Shown: positions 29,399 through 42,751 of the stretch, one piece after another
Numbering within the stretch: position 1 is the stretch's first letter
How the letters are laid out: every line of letters begins with the position of its first letter
Origin: Fistulifera solaris
Taxonomy: Eukaryota
Direction of reading: 5' to 3'
NCBI GenBank assembly: GCA_030295235.1
Contig: AP026127.1
Coordinates: 1,116,001-1,180,000, forward strand
DNA length: 64,000 bases
Program-made: the position numbers and the translations under genes
Notes under the pieces: model-generated
The model's input: only the letters and a program-made list of their open reading frames with translations
Told to the model about the DNA's origin: nothing
Database searches by the model: none

Positions 29399-30053
29399 TT
29401 ATCTCATTCTATAAATATGGGTGCCTTCCAGACTAGTGTTCACCGGGGTCCATCCTGGAACCGAAAACACGTTCGAAACAACAAGCGACCCCGATGGCAA
29501 TTCTCTTTCTAATTTCTGCCCTAGATCTTTCATGATAGGTCCGAGTCCGTACTAGCATTCAAAAGAAAAAAGAAAATGAGACGAACTGGTCGAAGGCACT
29601 ACTGCAGACAGATTAGAGCCGACTTACAACAGCCACAACATCCACTTCGCCGAGGTCAGCCGTCCAGAGATCTTGCCAATAGAACCGGGTGGAGGCCCAA
29701 TACTTGGGTCCGCGAACAAACCTTTGACCCTGGGAGAAAATGTAAAGAAACGGATTGCTTTCGTAGCCGATACTCAGTCGAAACGTTTGAGCAGCCGCAA
29801 ATACTAATCGACCATCACCACTACCAAGATCGACGAAGACTTCTTTCTTTCTCCCGACGGTTTGTTGAAGCTGCCGAAACATGGCTTCTCTATGAGTTCG
29901 AAAAGTTGGTAAATAGGGAGCTCCTCGACCCCGCAAAACAGGCGGTAAACTTGCCAGCATGGCAATGTTCAATACGAAAAACGCCCCCAAGCCGTAGGAT
30001 ACTGCTGGACTTAATCCTCCGCTCTCCGTTTTATCGACGCCATTATCCGACAT
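29399..30053 (-). CDS. FAM173/ATPSCKMT-like class I methyltransferase
   Basis: N-terminal TM segment, APYLPT, FVDLGSGDGRLV. Removing intron 29552-29627 gives VVAVYGLGPIMKDLGQKLERELPSGSLVVSNVF...WTP and a stop at 29399. Confidence 0.85.
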
Positions 30054-30737
30054 GGAGAGCTTATTTGCATAACCGATTAGTGAAGAGCTGGTAGACAAGC
30101 TTTATTCAAGAGAAAGGCAGACTTTAACATGAATGAATGGCATGAAAGTTTTGCATCTTGTTCATTGCTTATTGCTGCTTTCCTTCGCGGTGTCTTCCGT
30201 GACTTAAGGCTCGAACTCGGGATTGATGCGAGGTGCGAGATGCGAGATGGTTGAGTGCCGTATGCCCTTTGCAGTTTGCACCTTACAGTATCGCATAGTA
30301 CATATTGTATATACAGTAGTGTACGTACGTCCGCACGTCCGCAGTGCGTGTACGTGAGTTTGGCGTCAAATGACTGTAAACTTCAACGTTTTAATGACTT
30401 AGTATATCGAGTGACAGTACTAATGTGATCGTAGTTCTTATTAATTGTGACTGCGCTTCAACACTCTTTTGATTTCGTACTTATTGCATCATAGTCCATG
30501 GAAGAACGGTATCCAAGAACTGTGAAAAATCAACAGCACCGCCGGATCCGTGACTACACCCACTTTATTGTGTTCCGATGTGGGAACTGGGAACTCTCGC
30601 TTCTGCTCACATGAAACACTTGCAAGCAAAGTGAATTGCCTGCATCTATTCATTCTCATCGTATATCTTGCTCACCTTGCTGGATCCAGCGTGCATTCTT
30701 GTCTCGAAAGATCCATTTGACGAGAGAATTATAGAAT

Positions 30738-31487
30738 ATGCTAGGGGCTTTACCATTCGAAGGCGACAATGCCGAAGACGCGAACGCAAATGTGATTTGC
30801 TGCGACAAGAAACGACGTCTAACTCGGCAATCGCGATCCTCCTCTGTGACATCTATTTCAACTACCGAAACTTGCAGCTCGTCCATTTACTCTTCTTGTA
30901 GATCGCTGACGATCACAACGGTGAAGAATGCAGCCAAATGTCGGAAGCGACGAGTTCACTTCGACGAAACAACTGAAGAATACTCTCCCACTTTACATCA
31001 TGATCGACATGTCGACCTACAAGTCTGTTGGTACACGGAAAACGACTACAAGCTCTTTCGCAGCGTTGCACAGAATGAAAGCAGCATGTATCGACAAAGC
31101 CCAGGAGTGGTTCGCAGTATTCAAGCCGTTTATGAAGTGCGAGGAAATTTGTTGCAAGCAACCCTGGCCTCTCATGCAAGGAGTTGCGAAGAAAGCATGA
31201 CATTGGAAAAAGCTGTGCAAGTTCTGGGATCAGGATTACGCGGTTTGGAGGTTTCTATAGTGAAACAGTTGAGCAAAGATCGAAGAGCCGTTATCAAAGG
31301 CGTTCTTGACATGCAGGCCAAGCTCCCAGGTGGACTATCTGCTAACGAACAAACGATCGCCATCGCTGCCAAAGCGCGCTTCTTGTCCAGACAGTTTCGT
31401 CAGTTTGCTTTAGTCCAAGGCAAGGTGGACGCTATTACTCACAGCAACCCAGAGGATGGGGAGAAAGAGATCTGCTACTTCGTATGA
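30738..31487 (+). CDS. Hypothetical protein of a common diatom family (RVxF, WY..xDY, LRGLE motifs)
   Basis: Intact 249-aa ORF with RRVHFDE, CWYTENDY and LRGLE. Confidence 0.65.
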   Translation: MLGALPFEGDNAEDANANVICCDKKRRLTRQSRSSSVTSISTTETCSSSIYSSCRSLTITTVKNAAKCRKRRVHFDETTEEYSPTLHHDRHVDLQVCWYTENDYKLFRSVAQNESSMYRQSPGVVRSIQAVYEVRGNLLQATLASHARSCEESMTLEKAVQVLGSGLRGLEVSIVKQLSKDRRAVIKGVLDMQAKLPGGLSANEQTIAIAAKARFLSRQFRQFALVQGKVDAITHSNPEDGEKEICYFV

Positions 31488-31600
31488 AGTATTGGAAGGG
31501 TCGTGCTATGAACTTGTATAAGAAAAGCTACTGTAATGCCAATGTATTCACAAATAACATAAATAAAACAATAATAATAAAGTATTACGGACATCACAGG

Positions 31601-34600
31601 CTAACCGCTGTTGTTGCTTTGACTGCTGCTCATGGCTTTGGATTTCAAGTATCGCTTGCGGATATACTTGCGCAACGCGTCTCGTTCAATCGACCGCCTT
31701 TCATCGGACGCACTAACGTCTGCCCTGCCTTGGGACGGCCCTGATTCAATACTGCTTCCATCAAAATCATTCAACCAGTCATTAGTTTGACCAAAGTCAG
31801 CGGAGTTAGTCGACATAGATTCGTTCTGATCAAGCTTCGTGGAGGCTGTTTCGTCAAATTTAGCAAACGTGTCAAACCCGTGTGGATCAAAAGAGGTTTC
31901 GAGAGATTGGAAAGCGTCGCAATCAAAGCCAAAACCGCTGCTCCTACTCTTTGTGGTTTTCTCTTCAGACCCCTTCTCGCCTTTCTGCTTGGATTCCGCG
32001 AATCGGAGCTTTTCCTTAAGCGCGGTGCACTCGACTTTTCGTTCGTGAATTTCGCGTTCCAACAAAACAATCTTTTTCTGCAAATCTTCGTTTTTACCTG
32101 TGACGAAGTCGACCATCTTGTTGAGTTCTGCTATTCTCGCGGAGAGCTCGGAATTATTCTCGCGGTCCTTGACACGTGACTTTATCTCTTGTGCAGAGGC
32201 AAGAGCTTTCGTTGCGATTACTTTAGCGTGTTCGAGCTCTTCTTCTCGTTTGCGAAGAAGTGATGCGAGATTTTCGATCTCTTCTTCACGGCTTTGGACC
32301 TCATTAATCACCTCCTCGAGTGCATTGATTACTTCGGACCGCTCGTTGTTCGTTTTCAGAAACTTGTCTTCAAGTTCCATTTTGGCTTTCTCAACTTCCT
32401 GAAGTTTTTCTTCGATCCTCTTCTTCGTTTTTCCTGCATCGATACAGAGTGAACGCTCAATTTCTAAAGATTTCTCGAGAGATGCTACCCGTTCCTTCAA
32501 CCCTGCTATGTCCGAATTTGACTCCGCAATTTTGGTAGCTTCTGAACGTTTCTTTGACTCCTCTAGTTGATTTATGGTTTTCGATTGTTCTGTGATCTGA
32601 TCTTTTAAGCCAGTGATTTCTCGTGTGTGACGATCCATGATATCGACTATGCGCTTCTCCTTGCTTTCTACAGCTTTTTCTGCACTTTCAACTTTGAGAC
32701 GGAGAGCGCGTCGTTCCTTCATCGCTTCCTCTAACTTCGATTGCTGATCCATCTGAACAGCCGAAAGCTCGCGTTCTTTCTCGCGTAGTTTTTCATCAAG
32801 GACATCGATCTTTTCTCGAAGCTCCTGCTTCTCTTCGAGCTGTCGGCTAAGTTTCAACTGCAGGTCTGTGACTTCGTCGGAGTACTGACTGGAGGTGGCA
32901 CTGATAAAGTCAGTCTTTTGCGATAGCAGAGTCATCGTTTCATTGAGCTTCAATTGTAACAACTCTTTTGCCTCTAATGATTCTCGTAGCTGCTTTCGCA
33001 CCTCACTCATCTCCTTAGAATGTTTGTCCGAAGAATCTCTGAAGTATTTCTCTCGCTCTTCCAACTCTTCTTCAGCGGACTGTAATTTTGTTTCAAGAGT
33101 AGCTTTCGCTTTTGTGAGTTCTTCAACTTTAGTATGTAGCTCAATCGGAAACTCGTTCTCTGCTTCAAGAAGCTTCTTTTGCTAATTCTCAAATCCAGCT
33201 CAGTCTTCTCCAGCTTCGACTGAAGTTCTTGGTTTTTGTCGCTCAGTTCCTTATTCCGTTCAATGAGCTCAACCTGTCGTTCACTATTTTCAGACTTAAA
33301 ATTAATCTCGCTCTCGAGGATTCTTATTCTTTCTTGAAGTGCGAGCTTTGATGCTGTATGGCTTTCGACCTTGTCTTTTAATTCGTCAACAGTGGCGTTA
33401 TACTTTTTCGTGGAACGATCAAGCTGCCTGACTTTTCGTTCAAGTTCACCCTCAATACGACCAAGCTGTGCCTGCAAGTCTTCTCTACCTCGAATTAAGT
33501 CTTTTAGTTGAGCCTGTAGCTTCGGGAGGCGAGTGAGCTGGTGCTCCTTCAATTCCAGATCGGCCTGTGTGTCACCCAATCGTTCTATTAAAGTCTCTTT
33601 CGCTCTACGCTCTTCTTCTAACTTCTCTTGTAGTTCCCTCAACGTTGAAGCAAACCTTTCGTTTACGTCATTGACTTGCTTCTCTCGTAGCTGTAGTTCC
33701 GCTGCAAGATGGCTGTGCTCGTCAGCCTTTTCGCTGATGTCATTTAAACGATCAAGTGCGTCTTCGTATTCTTTCTGGATTTTGTTGATTTCAAGCACGT
33801 GGTCTACCTTTTCCTTTTCTGCCTTGTTCAGTAGCTCCTTGGTCTCAATTAGCTCTTGTTCGACTTCTTCAAGGCGATCGACCTTCTTCATCAACTGAAG
33901 TACCTCTTCCTTCTTTTTGAGCAGTTCGTCAGCCTTGCCATCAAGATCTCGGCGTTGAATTTCGTATTTGCTATTCATATCAGTCATCTCCGACTTCAGC
34001 TTCGACACTTCAACCTGAGAATCACTTGCGTGTGCGACGGATTGCTCACTAAGAACACGGAGCTTGTCTTGCAGTTCTATGATACGATCGCGCTTCTGTT
34101 GAAGCTTTGATTCCAGTGTTTCCAGCTTGAATTCGCTCTTTTTTAGTTTTTCTTGAAGTGCAAAAACTTCACTCTCATATTCAGCTGCTTGCTGTTCGGC
34201 GGCCTTTAACTTTTGTTCAAACGCGGCGAGCTCGACTCGCAATGATGAGGATATACTCTCGTGATTTTGTTTTTCATCCTCGAAAACTTTCTTAAGCTGT
34301 TCGTGTGCACTTTTTATTTCTTCCATCTCCTCTAGTTTACTATCGCTGGATCTTCTCAGCGATAACCGGGTTTCGAGCATCGCGGCCTTACTCTTTCTAG
34401 TTGCTGCTCAAGGTCGGAAATTCTAGTTTCCAGATCAATTTTCCTATCGTTCCAATCATTCTCTCGATTCTCCATATCTTTTCGAAGAGCTTCTTCAGAG
34501 GACTGCAGCTCGATAATTCGCTCCAACGCCTTTGCTTCGTGAGATTGAATTTGCTCCAGGTGCCAGGTATCAAATTGTCGTATCTTGGCTTGGTACTTAG

Positions 34601-36794
34601 ATTCATTTTCCGCGAGCTCTCTACTCAGATCTGCTACTTTGAGCTGATGCTTTTCCATTTCGCGACTCATGTTGCTATTCACCTCTCGGAGTCTCTCGAT
34701 TTCCATTAACTGAAGCTGTTCTTTGTGTTCCATAGCTCCGAAATCAGGTCTAGCGTCAATCTCAGTCTGCAGTTTGCGCCGATATTCTTCAGATATCCGC
34801 AAATCGGTTTCTAGCTTAATTATCGCTGTCTGCAGTTGTTCCTTCTCAGCGTGAAATTCAGCTTCCATCTTGACCTGCAGCGAGTCTCGTTCGCGTATAG
34901 CTGCAGTCTCTTTCTGCCGTAATTCGAAAGCTTGGTGATCAGTAGAAATCTTAAGCTGTTCTTTCAGACAATCGAGCTCTTTTATATATTCTTTGACTTC
35001 GAGATCGTGTAATTCCGACAATTCCCCTCTCAGGCGATTCTCTTTATTCTCAAACGTTTCCCTCAATTCTTCGAACTTCACCTTGTGGTCTGAATAGACA
35101 GCTTTCAACTTATCGTCTTTTTTTGGAAACAAGCTGCGCCTGCTCATCCCGCTGATTTGTTAACCGTTCAACTTCCTTTTCGTACCGATGGATCAGTTCT
35201 CCTTCCCGGTCGCGGTAGCGTTGTTCCATTTTCGCGAGTTCTTCTTTAAGACGAGAATAGGAATCTTTCTCCATATTTCGCTGCAATGATATAGAATCAT
35301 TCAATTCGCCTCTCAGTGCCTCAGTTTCCTGTTCTTTCTCCTCACATTCACGTCGAAGATTCTTCACCTCGTTCGTTGTTTCCGATAGCTGCAGCTCTAA
35401 AACTGATTCACGCGCCTGAAAACTTTCCCGCTCATTTAACATTTCGTTTTGCCACTGGCTACGCTTCTCTGCATGTTCTTTTTGCGTCTTGGCCAACAAC
35501 TGGTGGGCCTTATCTCGTTCCTTTGCATCTCTACTAGTTTCTGCTGAAGCGTCTCTTGCACAGATGCCGCCCCTTCCAAACGCATCCTATAGTCACTTAC
35601 GACTCGATGCTGCGCATGTTCCTGTTCCTGTCTCGCTAAATGGAGCTGAGCCTGTACTTGCGATAGTTGCGCCTTTAACTGCGATGACTCTGATTTAATG
35701 CGTTCGAGTTCATCTGATGCGTCTCGCTGTTCCTGCATTGACGTGCGGTAGCTTTGTATAGTGCTTTTCAAGCCCCTTTTCTCCTTCTGCAAAACCTGAA
35801 TCTTTCGAATAAGGGTCTGTGTCTCTAGCTCCAACGAAGTTCGATCAAGTCGTGATATCCGTCTGGGAGAGAGCGAGATCTTGGTTTCTTCTTCGTCATA
35901 GTCGTCATCGTTGTCGACCCGAGCTCCGTCGATCCGAGGAGGGGGAGGCAGTCGGCCACCTCTGGCTTGCGGCGAAGGTGCACGAATGACCGTGGGAATC
36001 ATGGGCATCGAAGAGCTATGTTGAATCTGACCATGGTTCTGCAAATGCAATGGCGACGAAGAAGACGGAGTCCAACTGGTGTTTTTCAGATGATGCTGAG
36101 CAGAATCTCTGTTGTGTCTTGGAGATGATTGGTTCATAACTCCAGAGCCCTTCTTAGGAATGTCATCTGTCACTTCCTCGAGTTCTTGAAAAAATTTTAG
36201 ATCTTCCAGCTCTTGCATGAGTCCATCAATTTTTGCCTCTGCTTGTCGCAGGCGCGAATTCTCCTGAGAACTATCTTGCGACGGGTTAGATCGCGGTGAA
36301 GAATCGCCAGATTTTCCCTTGGAGGAGTATCCGTATATATTTCGATTCTCCTGTTGACTGCTCGCATTACTGCTCGAATGGGGAACCTGCAGATCACTGC
36401 CGACGCTACTGATCGATTTCGGAAGACCAGATGGGCCCCTAGAAGTCGATCGACTCGTTCCACCCGTGCTGTTCTTTTTTCGGTTCTTTCGAAGATCAAT
36501 GATAGCTCTTGTCACTTCATCCGGGTCATCGATTGCAGAGTCGCTCTTTCGCACAACTTGGGAAGCAGGAATATAATCTTGGGCCCTCCCAGTAGACGCA
36601 GACCTTGCGTAAATCGTTGGAGGTAGATTATTGTTGTGAGCCGGTCGCATGCTGCTCTGTGAGCGACGACCGCCTTGTGGAGGAGCATGCTGAGTCGATT
36701 TGATGTTGGGCAAGCCCGGGCTAGAGGATGTGTGAATTGTTTGCGGAACTTGTCGCGGTGTCAAGGCGTTTCGTCCATTATTGCTGTGCACCAT
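31601..36794 (-). CDS. Very long coiled-coil protein with disordered N-terminus
   Basis: Consecutive E/K/L-rich ORFs (35436-36809, 35110-35499, 34356-35147, 33007-34380, 31601-33064) joined by frameshifts. Confidence 0.75.
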
Positions 36795-37509
36795 CTTCGA
36801 TTGCAACATACAGGGGTGCCAGCGATATCAAAATTCGGAAAATAACTCCGAGATCGCAAGCTTCTACAAGTCAACGAGCACCCTAGTTTTGCTGTCGGTC
36901 TACACGATTTCTTATTGATCAATTTAGCTTGTTGTGCACTAATTTTTGACTTCCTTTGAATTGCAGCAATGCCAATAAGGAGCGACGTGCGGCAAAAGAA
37001 AAAACACAAAGCGTCGTTTTGTTTCGTGAGTTCGTGAGCCTCTCACGAAGTTGTGGTGCGCGTTGTGCCTCTCTTCTCTAAAAAGTACTCAACCATCAAG
37101 CGTGCATCGCCCAAGCCTTCTCGATGAAAATTTTTGAGCCTTAAATAGAGGGCCTGTCTCATAAGTACAACGAAGGTTATTTATAGGATTTTCAAGTTTT
37201 GTATTTGAATGTAGCGCGCCGGCAGAGTTTTAAATAAGAGATGGATAAGGCGCGCCAATTGAATGACGACGACTCGAGACTCAAACGCCACATCAGGGTC
37301 ACGAATGTCCAGAGGAAAATCAGAAAATTGAGTGCCGCGTTTTTTACTGGAAAGATTTTCGCCTCAACCACAACAAACCAAGCAACAAACATCAAACACC
37401 ATCAAACGTTGAAGGATTCAACTATTACTTTCTAATCTCCATAGATCACTAAACGCCATAGAACGCTTTGCCGACTGTGTAAAACCCGCAAAAGCTATTT
37501 GATATCACG

Positions 37510-38380
37510 ATGAATACGTCGATGTTGATTACCGTCCTCTTTTTGGCTGGATCTGTTTCATCCTTCACATGTCCGGCCACCCCGTTAATTACGCAACAAC
37601 CAAGAGCCCTACAGTTTTCACTTTTCGCCCAAAAGAGAAGAAGCCAATCGGAGGGGAAGGGCTTTGGAAAATTGGCCCCATCAAAATCAGAAAAGAAGTC
37701 TTCGGACTCGAACGCACCCCCATCGGATGACACATCGATCCCTGCGACGAAACCATTTTTGCAGAGCGTCGAAAGCGGGGGCTCGAATACCATTCCCGTT
37801 GTAGAAGATGATGCATCCTTGTCACCCGATCAGCGAGCGGAACGTATTTTACGGGACAAATACGGATTGAAGACGTTGGAAGAGCAACAATTGAGTCAAA
37901 AGCAAATGGAGAATATCAATGAACAACGCCGAAAACTACAGGAAATGAAGCGAAAGGCAGAACTAAACGAGGAAATTGACATTATCGCTATGATTCCTGG
38001 ACCTGTGCAGATTGCTATTGATCGCTTCTTGAAAATCGGTTTGGGTATATCGGGTGAGTCTAAAGAGAACGATTTGTTGTGCCACGACATGCGTGAAACA
38101 GAGCGCGTTTCTTCGTGTCCTTGTTCCTCCCACTCATACTAAAACACTTCGTTCATCAGGAATCCTGTTTGTAGCCGCAGGCATGGCGATCACTGTAGAG
38201 GCTTGGAGCAAAACGACCAAGAACGAATTACCAGAGGCTTTGGATCAGTTCATTGTGGGGACGGTAGAACCAAATTTTACCACCGGCTTGCTGGTATTAT
38301 TAGGCTTCTCTGTCAGCCTGGGTGTGTTTGCGGCTGCACAGCTTGGATCACAAGGGGCTCAGTATCGAGAAGATAATTAA
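37510..38380 (+). CDS. Probable plastid-targeted membrane protein of unknown function
   Basis: Signal peptide followed by SSF (ASAF-like), GKGFG motif, intron ~38054-38159, two C-terminal TM segments. Confidence 0.7.
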
Positions 38381-38506
38381 TTCTTTCATTATATAATTTG
38401 ACACTTGATAATGTAATGACAAAAATGCAATTAAGTCGAAAAGCGGCGCGTGCAGTGACATAGTTCTTCATATCCCCTGTACAGTTGAGAACGCTCGAGC
38501 ACTCAC

Positions 38507-39055
38507 TCAAGCGAATTCCTTGTTGTCCTTTATTTCTCGAAGCTCTTCCAGCAATTGTTCGGCGTCTGCCGCGGCATTGTCGACAACCTTGAAGTAAGCA
38601 ACATTACCGTCCACCACAATCATACTGAATCGCTCAGAACGAGTTCCCAATGAGACTTTATCATACACTCGATCAACGCCGTACGCCTTGGCGAAAGTAG
38701 CTTCCGGATCCGCGAAAAATTGAATCTTTCTGGGGTCATTCTTCAATGCCAACTGCCAACCATGATGCGCATAAGGATCCGATACCGAGTAGCAGATAAT
38801 GTCATCACAACCAGCATCTAGTAGCTCATCGGCTAGTTTCTTGTATCCTGGATAATGCTCGTTCGTACAAGTACCAGTGAACGGAGCCGGCACGCCGAAG
38901 AGCGCTACTGTCTTGCCTTTGAAAAGATCTGTCAAACGAACAGCATTATCCGAAGCCAAGTTGGATCCCTCACTCGCGTTATTGTACCAAGGACGAGCTT
39001 TTTCGAGATGAATGACGGAACTTAACATGCTTGTGCCGGGCGCAATGAGACTCAT
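38507..39055 (-). CDS. Type II peroxiredoxin (Prx5/redoxin family)
   Basis: LFKGKTVALFGVPAPFTGTCTNEHYPGY, YSVSDPY, FFADP, RSERFSMIVVDG. Confidence 0.9.
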   Translation of the reverse strand: MSLIAPGTSMLSSVIHLEKARPWYNNASEGSNLASDNAVRLTDLFKGKTVALFGVPAPFTGTCTNEHYPGYKKLADELLDAGCDDIICYSVSDPYAHHGWQLALKNDPRKIQFFADPEATFAKAYGVDRVYDKVSLGTRSERFSMIVVDGNVAYFKVVDNAAADAEQLLEELREIKDNKEFA

Positions 39056-39614
39056 GGATCGGATCTGTTGTCGAAGGGAAAATTCGTAGACAAGCGAGCA
39101 GGCCTTCACACCCTTTTGCAGAGTGAGTTGACAAAGAGCATTGTTAGAAGGAGGATTTTTAAAAGAGGAGTTCCGTAGTACGTGATGATGATTCGTGAGG
39201 CTACAAAAGATGTTATCTCTATTGTATCGCTCTCTTCGTTGTTTGTTGCTTGCTTTGCTCGATGATAGGAAAAGTGAACAAACAAAAATCCAAATGGCCG
39301 AGTTTGAGTCTCTTTGACGTGGCAAAGTTGAACTTGACATTGCATGCCTGCGGCATGCAGCAATCAGTCAACGTCATACTGACGTCGATGACGTTGAACG
39401 CTTTCGAGAGCGAATCATCATCAATCGTGTTTCAAGAACGCATGACGCATGACTGATTAAAAAATTTATGTCTGAAGAAGTAGGGGGTCTATTATTTTTA
39501 TATAAGTAAGCCAGTTCAGCAGAGCGAGGTGGAATACATTTGTCGGATGAGTCGCTGTTTTTCTTCGCATTGAGATTTTAAGCGCATGAAGGATTCAAAA
39601 GTGTTATGCAGGTG

Positions 39615-40199
39615 CTACGCTGCTCCGGCCCCGACGAAATGGGACCGTCGCCAGCTCCATTGGTAATGTGAAGCATGTGGATCTCTAACGAGAGAAGACT
39701 GATCCAGGTGAATCCAGTGTGGCCAGTGGATAAAGTGGTCATGGATATGCTGGTTTCGTTGTTGTTGCTCTTGCGCAAGAGTCGTCGTGACATCCGTACC
39801 TTTGGGATGACGCATCATCATCGGCCATATTGCCAAATGCGGGACAGACCGACTATGCTTTGCTTCCGTAGTATTTGCGGCTGTCGCATGAGACGAAACT
39901 TGGGCGTAAAGCTCTTCTCTCATCAAAGGAGTAGCGACTGAATGAGGAACGGGGTCAAAACTAACCGGTTGTGGATATTCTCGAACGACATCGTTTTTGT
40001 TTGCTTTTAAATGCTTTTGGTACCACACTGCCGGTTGTACATGCTGAAACTGTCTTTGCTGGGACGGTGCGGTACGATGGTAGGCAGATTCGTAGATCGT
40101 CGGAGCCGAAGCTTCTTTTTTGTGGCTCGTCGGAACAAACTCCCGGTAGTTGTAATACGCCACCAGAGGAGGCTGTCGGCGGGCCTTTTGTGAAATCAT
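39615..40199 (-). CDS. Hypothetical His-rich protein
   Basis: 194-aa ATG-initiated ORF with no recognisable domain. Confidence 0.4.
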   Translation of the reverse strand: MISQKARRQPPLVAYYNYREFVPTSHKKEASAPTIYESAYHRTAPSQQRQFQHVQPAVWYQKHLKANKNDVVREYPQPVSFDPVPHSVATPLMREELYAQVSSHATAANTTEAKHSRSVPHLAIWPMMMRHPKGTDVTTTLAQEQQQRNQHIHDHFIHWPHWIHLDQSSLVRDPHASHYQWSWRRSHFVGAGAA

Positions 40200-40332
40200 T
40201 GTATCCTTTTATCAAGGTGAAAATTGCTTTGTTGTGTACTGTTGTTCGTCTTCTGGTTTGTGATTGAAAGTTTATGTGCTTGTTTGATTGATTGATTTTG
40301 TTCTGTGACTGTGACACGACGAGCGTAACATA

Positions 40333-40796
40333 TGGGACTAATGTCTTAGGCCAGCACTAAAATTTCCACAGGGCCCCATACCAGCACTTTTCGACCCTCC
40401 GCGCCACTTTGGTTAATACATACACCAAGATCATTAAGAAGATCGCAATTTTACTATCTACACCTCAAGCAAGATCTAATAGACAACGTGAGCTAGCTTT
40501 TTTTTTTTACATTTTTGCTTTGAGTTCGTAGATGCACTTAGCTAAAGCGCCGACGGTCAATTTTCGACCTTTAACGTTTGTAGAGCAACCAAATCACCAA
40601 TACGTAGAATTTTTGCCGGATTATAAGTATTTATTGTCCATTATCCGTCTCTGTGCTAATAATTAATGGTAATTCTGATTTTGATTTTATATTGATGGAG
40701 TAATGATCATTCGCAAGTCGATGCCCTTAATTTTTGCTAAAAGTGCTGGTATGGGGCCCTGTGGAAATTTTAGTGCTGGCCTAAGACATTAGTCCG
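40333..40796. mobile_element. MITE with 57-bp TIRs and TA target-site duplication (Tc1/mariner/pogo-like)
   Basis: 40335-40391 is the exact reverse complement of 40739-40795; TA at 40331-40332 and 40797-40798; AT-rich non-coding interior. Confidence 0.9.
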
Positions 40797-41098
40797 TAAC
40801 AAATGCGATCCGTTCTCGTTCGCATCCGCATTTTCTCGCAAAGTGCCGCCTACTGTATGAGGTACAGTAAAGATAGAGTGAATCACGAACTAATCACGAC
40901 TCACTGTCTGTTTTGACCTATGAACGTCTGTGCGCCGTACGACATGCCATTTTAATGAAATAAGCACCGAGCACCGCGAGCAAGGAGCAACGAGAGTTCA
41001 TCATGCGAGCTTCATGTTGACAACAATAATTGACAACCATAATACAAACAGCAATCAAACCTGGCTAATTTCGTTCTGTATCACAGGCAATCAAAGTC

Positions 41099-41698
41099 AT
41101 GTCTTTTCCAGGAAAACAGTTGCAGCGCTGCTGGCATCTTATTGATGCACAAAATCAAACGGTAGGGCGATTAGCGGTCCAAGTGTCTTCGCTTCTGCGC
41201 GGAAAGCACAAACCTACCTATCTCCCTAACAAAGATATGGGTGACACAGTTGTTGTAATCAATGCCTCCAAAGTTACTTTCACAGAGCCGCAGAAGAAAT
41301 GGAAAGATAAAGTGTACCGTTGGCATACCGGCTATCCTGGAGGACTCAAGGAACGAACGGCTGCCGAAATGATGAATCGAAAGCCCACAGAAGTATTGCG
41401 CAAAGCAGTCATGGGCATGCTCAAGCGAAATCGGTTGAGACATGGTTTCTTGGAACCGCGGTTAAAGATATACCCCGGATCTGAACATCCGCACACGGCG
41501 CAATTGCCGGCCGAAGTCGAGCCGGTGGCACCAGTACCCCGCAATCTACATCGCCACTTTCATTACGGACTCCAGCACTATGCACATCCCGCTAGCTATC
41601 AGGAGGGAATACCCGCACCGATTGGGAAAGCACAGGTTGAGCATGTGGAGCTAGTGGAAGATAGATCAACAACGCAGGCAGGTCAAGGCCCAAATTAA
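41099..41698 (+). CDS. MRPL13: Ribosomal protein uL13, bacterial type, probably mitochondrial
   Basis: WHLIDA, GRLA, LRGKHKPTYLP, GDTVVVINA, HTGYPGGLK, AVMGML. Confidence 0.93.
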   Translation: MSFPGKQLQRCWHLIDAQNQTVGRLAVQVSSLLRGKHKPTYLPNKDMGDTVVVINASKVTFTEPQKKWKDKVYRWHTGYPGGLKERTAAEMMNRKPTEVLRKAVMGMLKRNRLRHGFLEPRLKIYPGSEHPHTAQLPAEVEPVAPVPRNLHRHFHYGLQHYAHPASYQEGIPAPIGKAQVEHVELVEDRSTTQAGQGPN

Positions 41699-41758
41699 GA
41701 TTTCTAATTGTGTGGTAGCAAACGACGTAAAATCTTTCAAAAGAATATCTACACTAGT

Positions 41759-42751
41759 CTATATCATACTATCAAGCCAGTCTTCCAAGTTTTCGTCCTC
41801 TAAGACTTCTTCTTTCTTGTCTCTGGATTCCGATGGAGTAATGTTGGCTGTGTCGACACTGTTCAACGTTTCTTTAAGCCACTCGTCTATCTTGTCTTGT
41901 TCATTGGAAGTTGCCGTAGCCACGCGAGGATAATCATTCTGGTCTTGACTGGGTAACGATCGTAATCTCATAATGAGATCGTCATTATCTTCCTCTACTT
42001 TTATACTGGCTGGCGACGTCGCAGACGGCTCGATTTCATCATATGATTTCAAAAGTGTGTCTACCCCCTGTGACACGTGCGAACCCGACATTTCGGGTAG
42101 ATTCAACAATTGATCTACCGCATTCGCGTTGGCAGTAGCTGTGACTCCGAACAGAGAAACCCGTCCCGACGTCTTTGGGAGCGGCTCTTCCTCCGGCGGA
42201 GGTTTTACCGGCCTCGAAGGTAGGTTTTGAATTCCCAATCGACTGGCGACTGGATCGGCTAGTGCATTGGCAGCACAATACTTTGCCGTCACGGAAGAGA
42301 GTGAAGAAACAGCAGTAGAGTCGTCGCGGACATCCTTGTCTGGCTCCTCACCCGTGATGGCCGAAATTAGTCGAGAAGGGATTCTAAATCGATCTGCCAA
42401 GGAAAGATGTTTTAAAGCAAAATTCATATCTTTTCGTAGCTGGTCTGGATCAGTCATACTGAAAGCAAGAGTTGCTGGTTCTAAGTCTTCCTTCTTGGTA
42501 GGCATCACATAACGCTGAGAAGCGACATTGGCTTCAAGTAAAGACACCTCATCCTCTAATCTCTCCTCGAAGTCATAACTATCAACATCATGCTTTTCTT
42601 CATTTTCATTCTCGTCGTCTTTCCCCCCGGCATTCCACTTCGGTCGACTGATCCGTCGTTTTGCTCCATCGAGTCGGCCTGTGCCACGACCACTGCCTCG
42701 CCCTCGACCTCGTCCTTTTCGTTGATTAAATAATACTTGAGCTCGTCCCAT
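41759..42751 (-). CDS. Hypothetical protein (RG-rich N-terminus, acidic C-terminus ending LEDWLDSMI)
   Basis: Intact 330-aa ORF. The RG-rich start and EDWLDSMI end recall AVEN-like proteins (not verified). Confidence 0.6.
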   Translation of the reverse strand: MGRAQVLFNQRKGRGRGRGSGRGTGRLDGAKRRISRPKWNAGGKDDENENEEKHDVDSYDFEERLEDEVSLLEANVASQRYVMPTKKEDLEPATLAFSMTDPDQLRKDMNFALKHLSLADRFRIPSRLISAITGEEPDKDVRDDSTAVSSLSSVTAKYCAANALADPVASRLGIQNLPSRPVKPPPEEEPLPKTSGRVSLFGVTATANANAVDQLLNLPEMSGSHVSQGVDTLLKSYDEIEPSATSPASIKVEEDNDDLIMRLRSLPSQDQNDYPRVATATSNEQDKIDEWLKETLNSVDTANITPSESRDKKEEVLEDENLEDWLDSMI

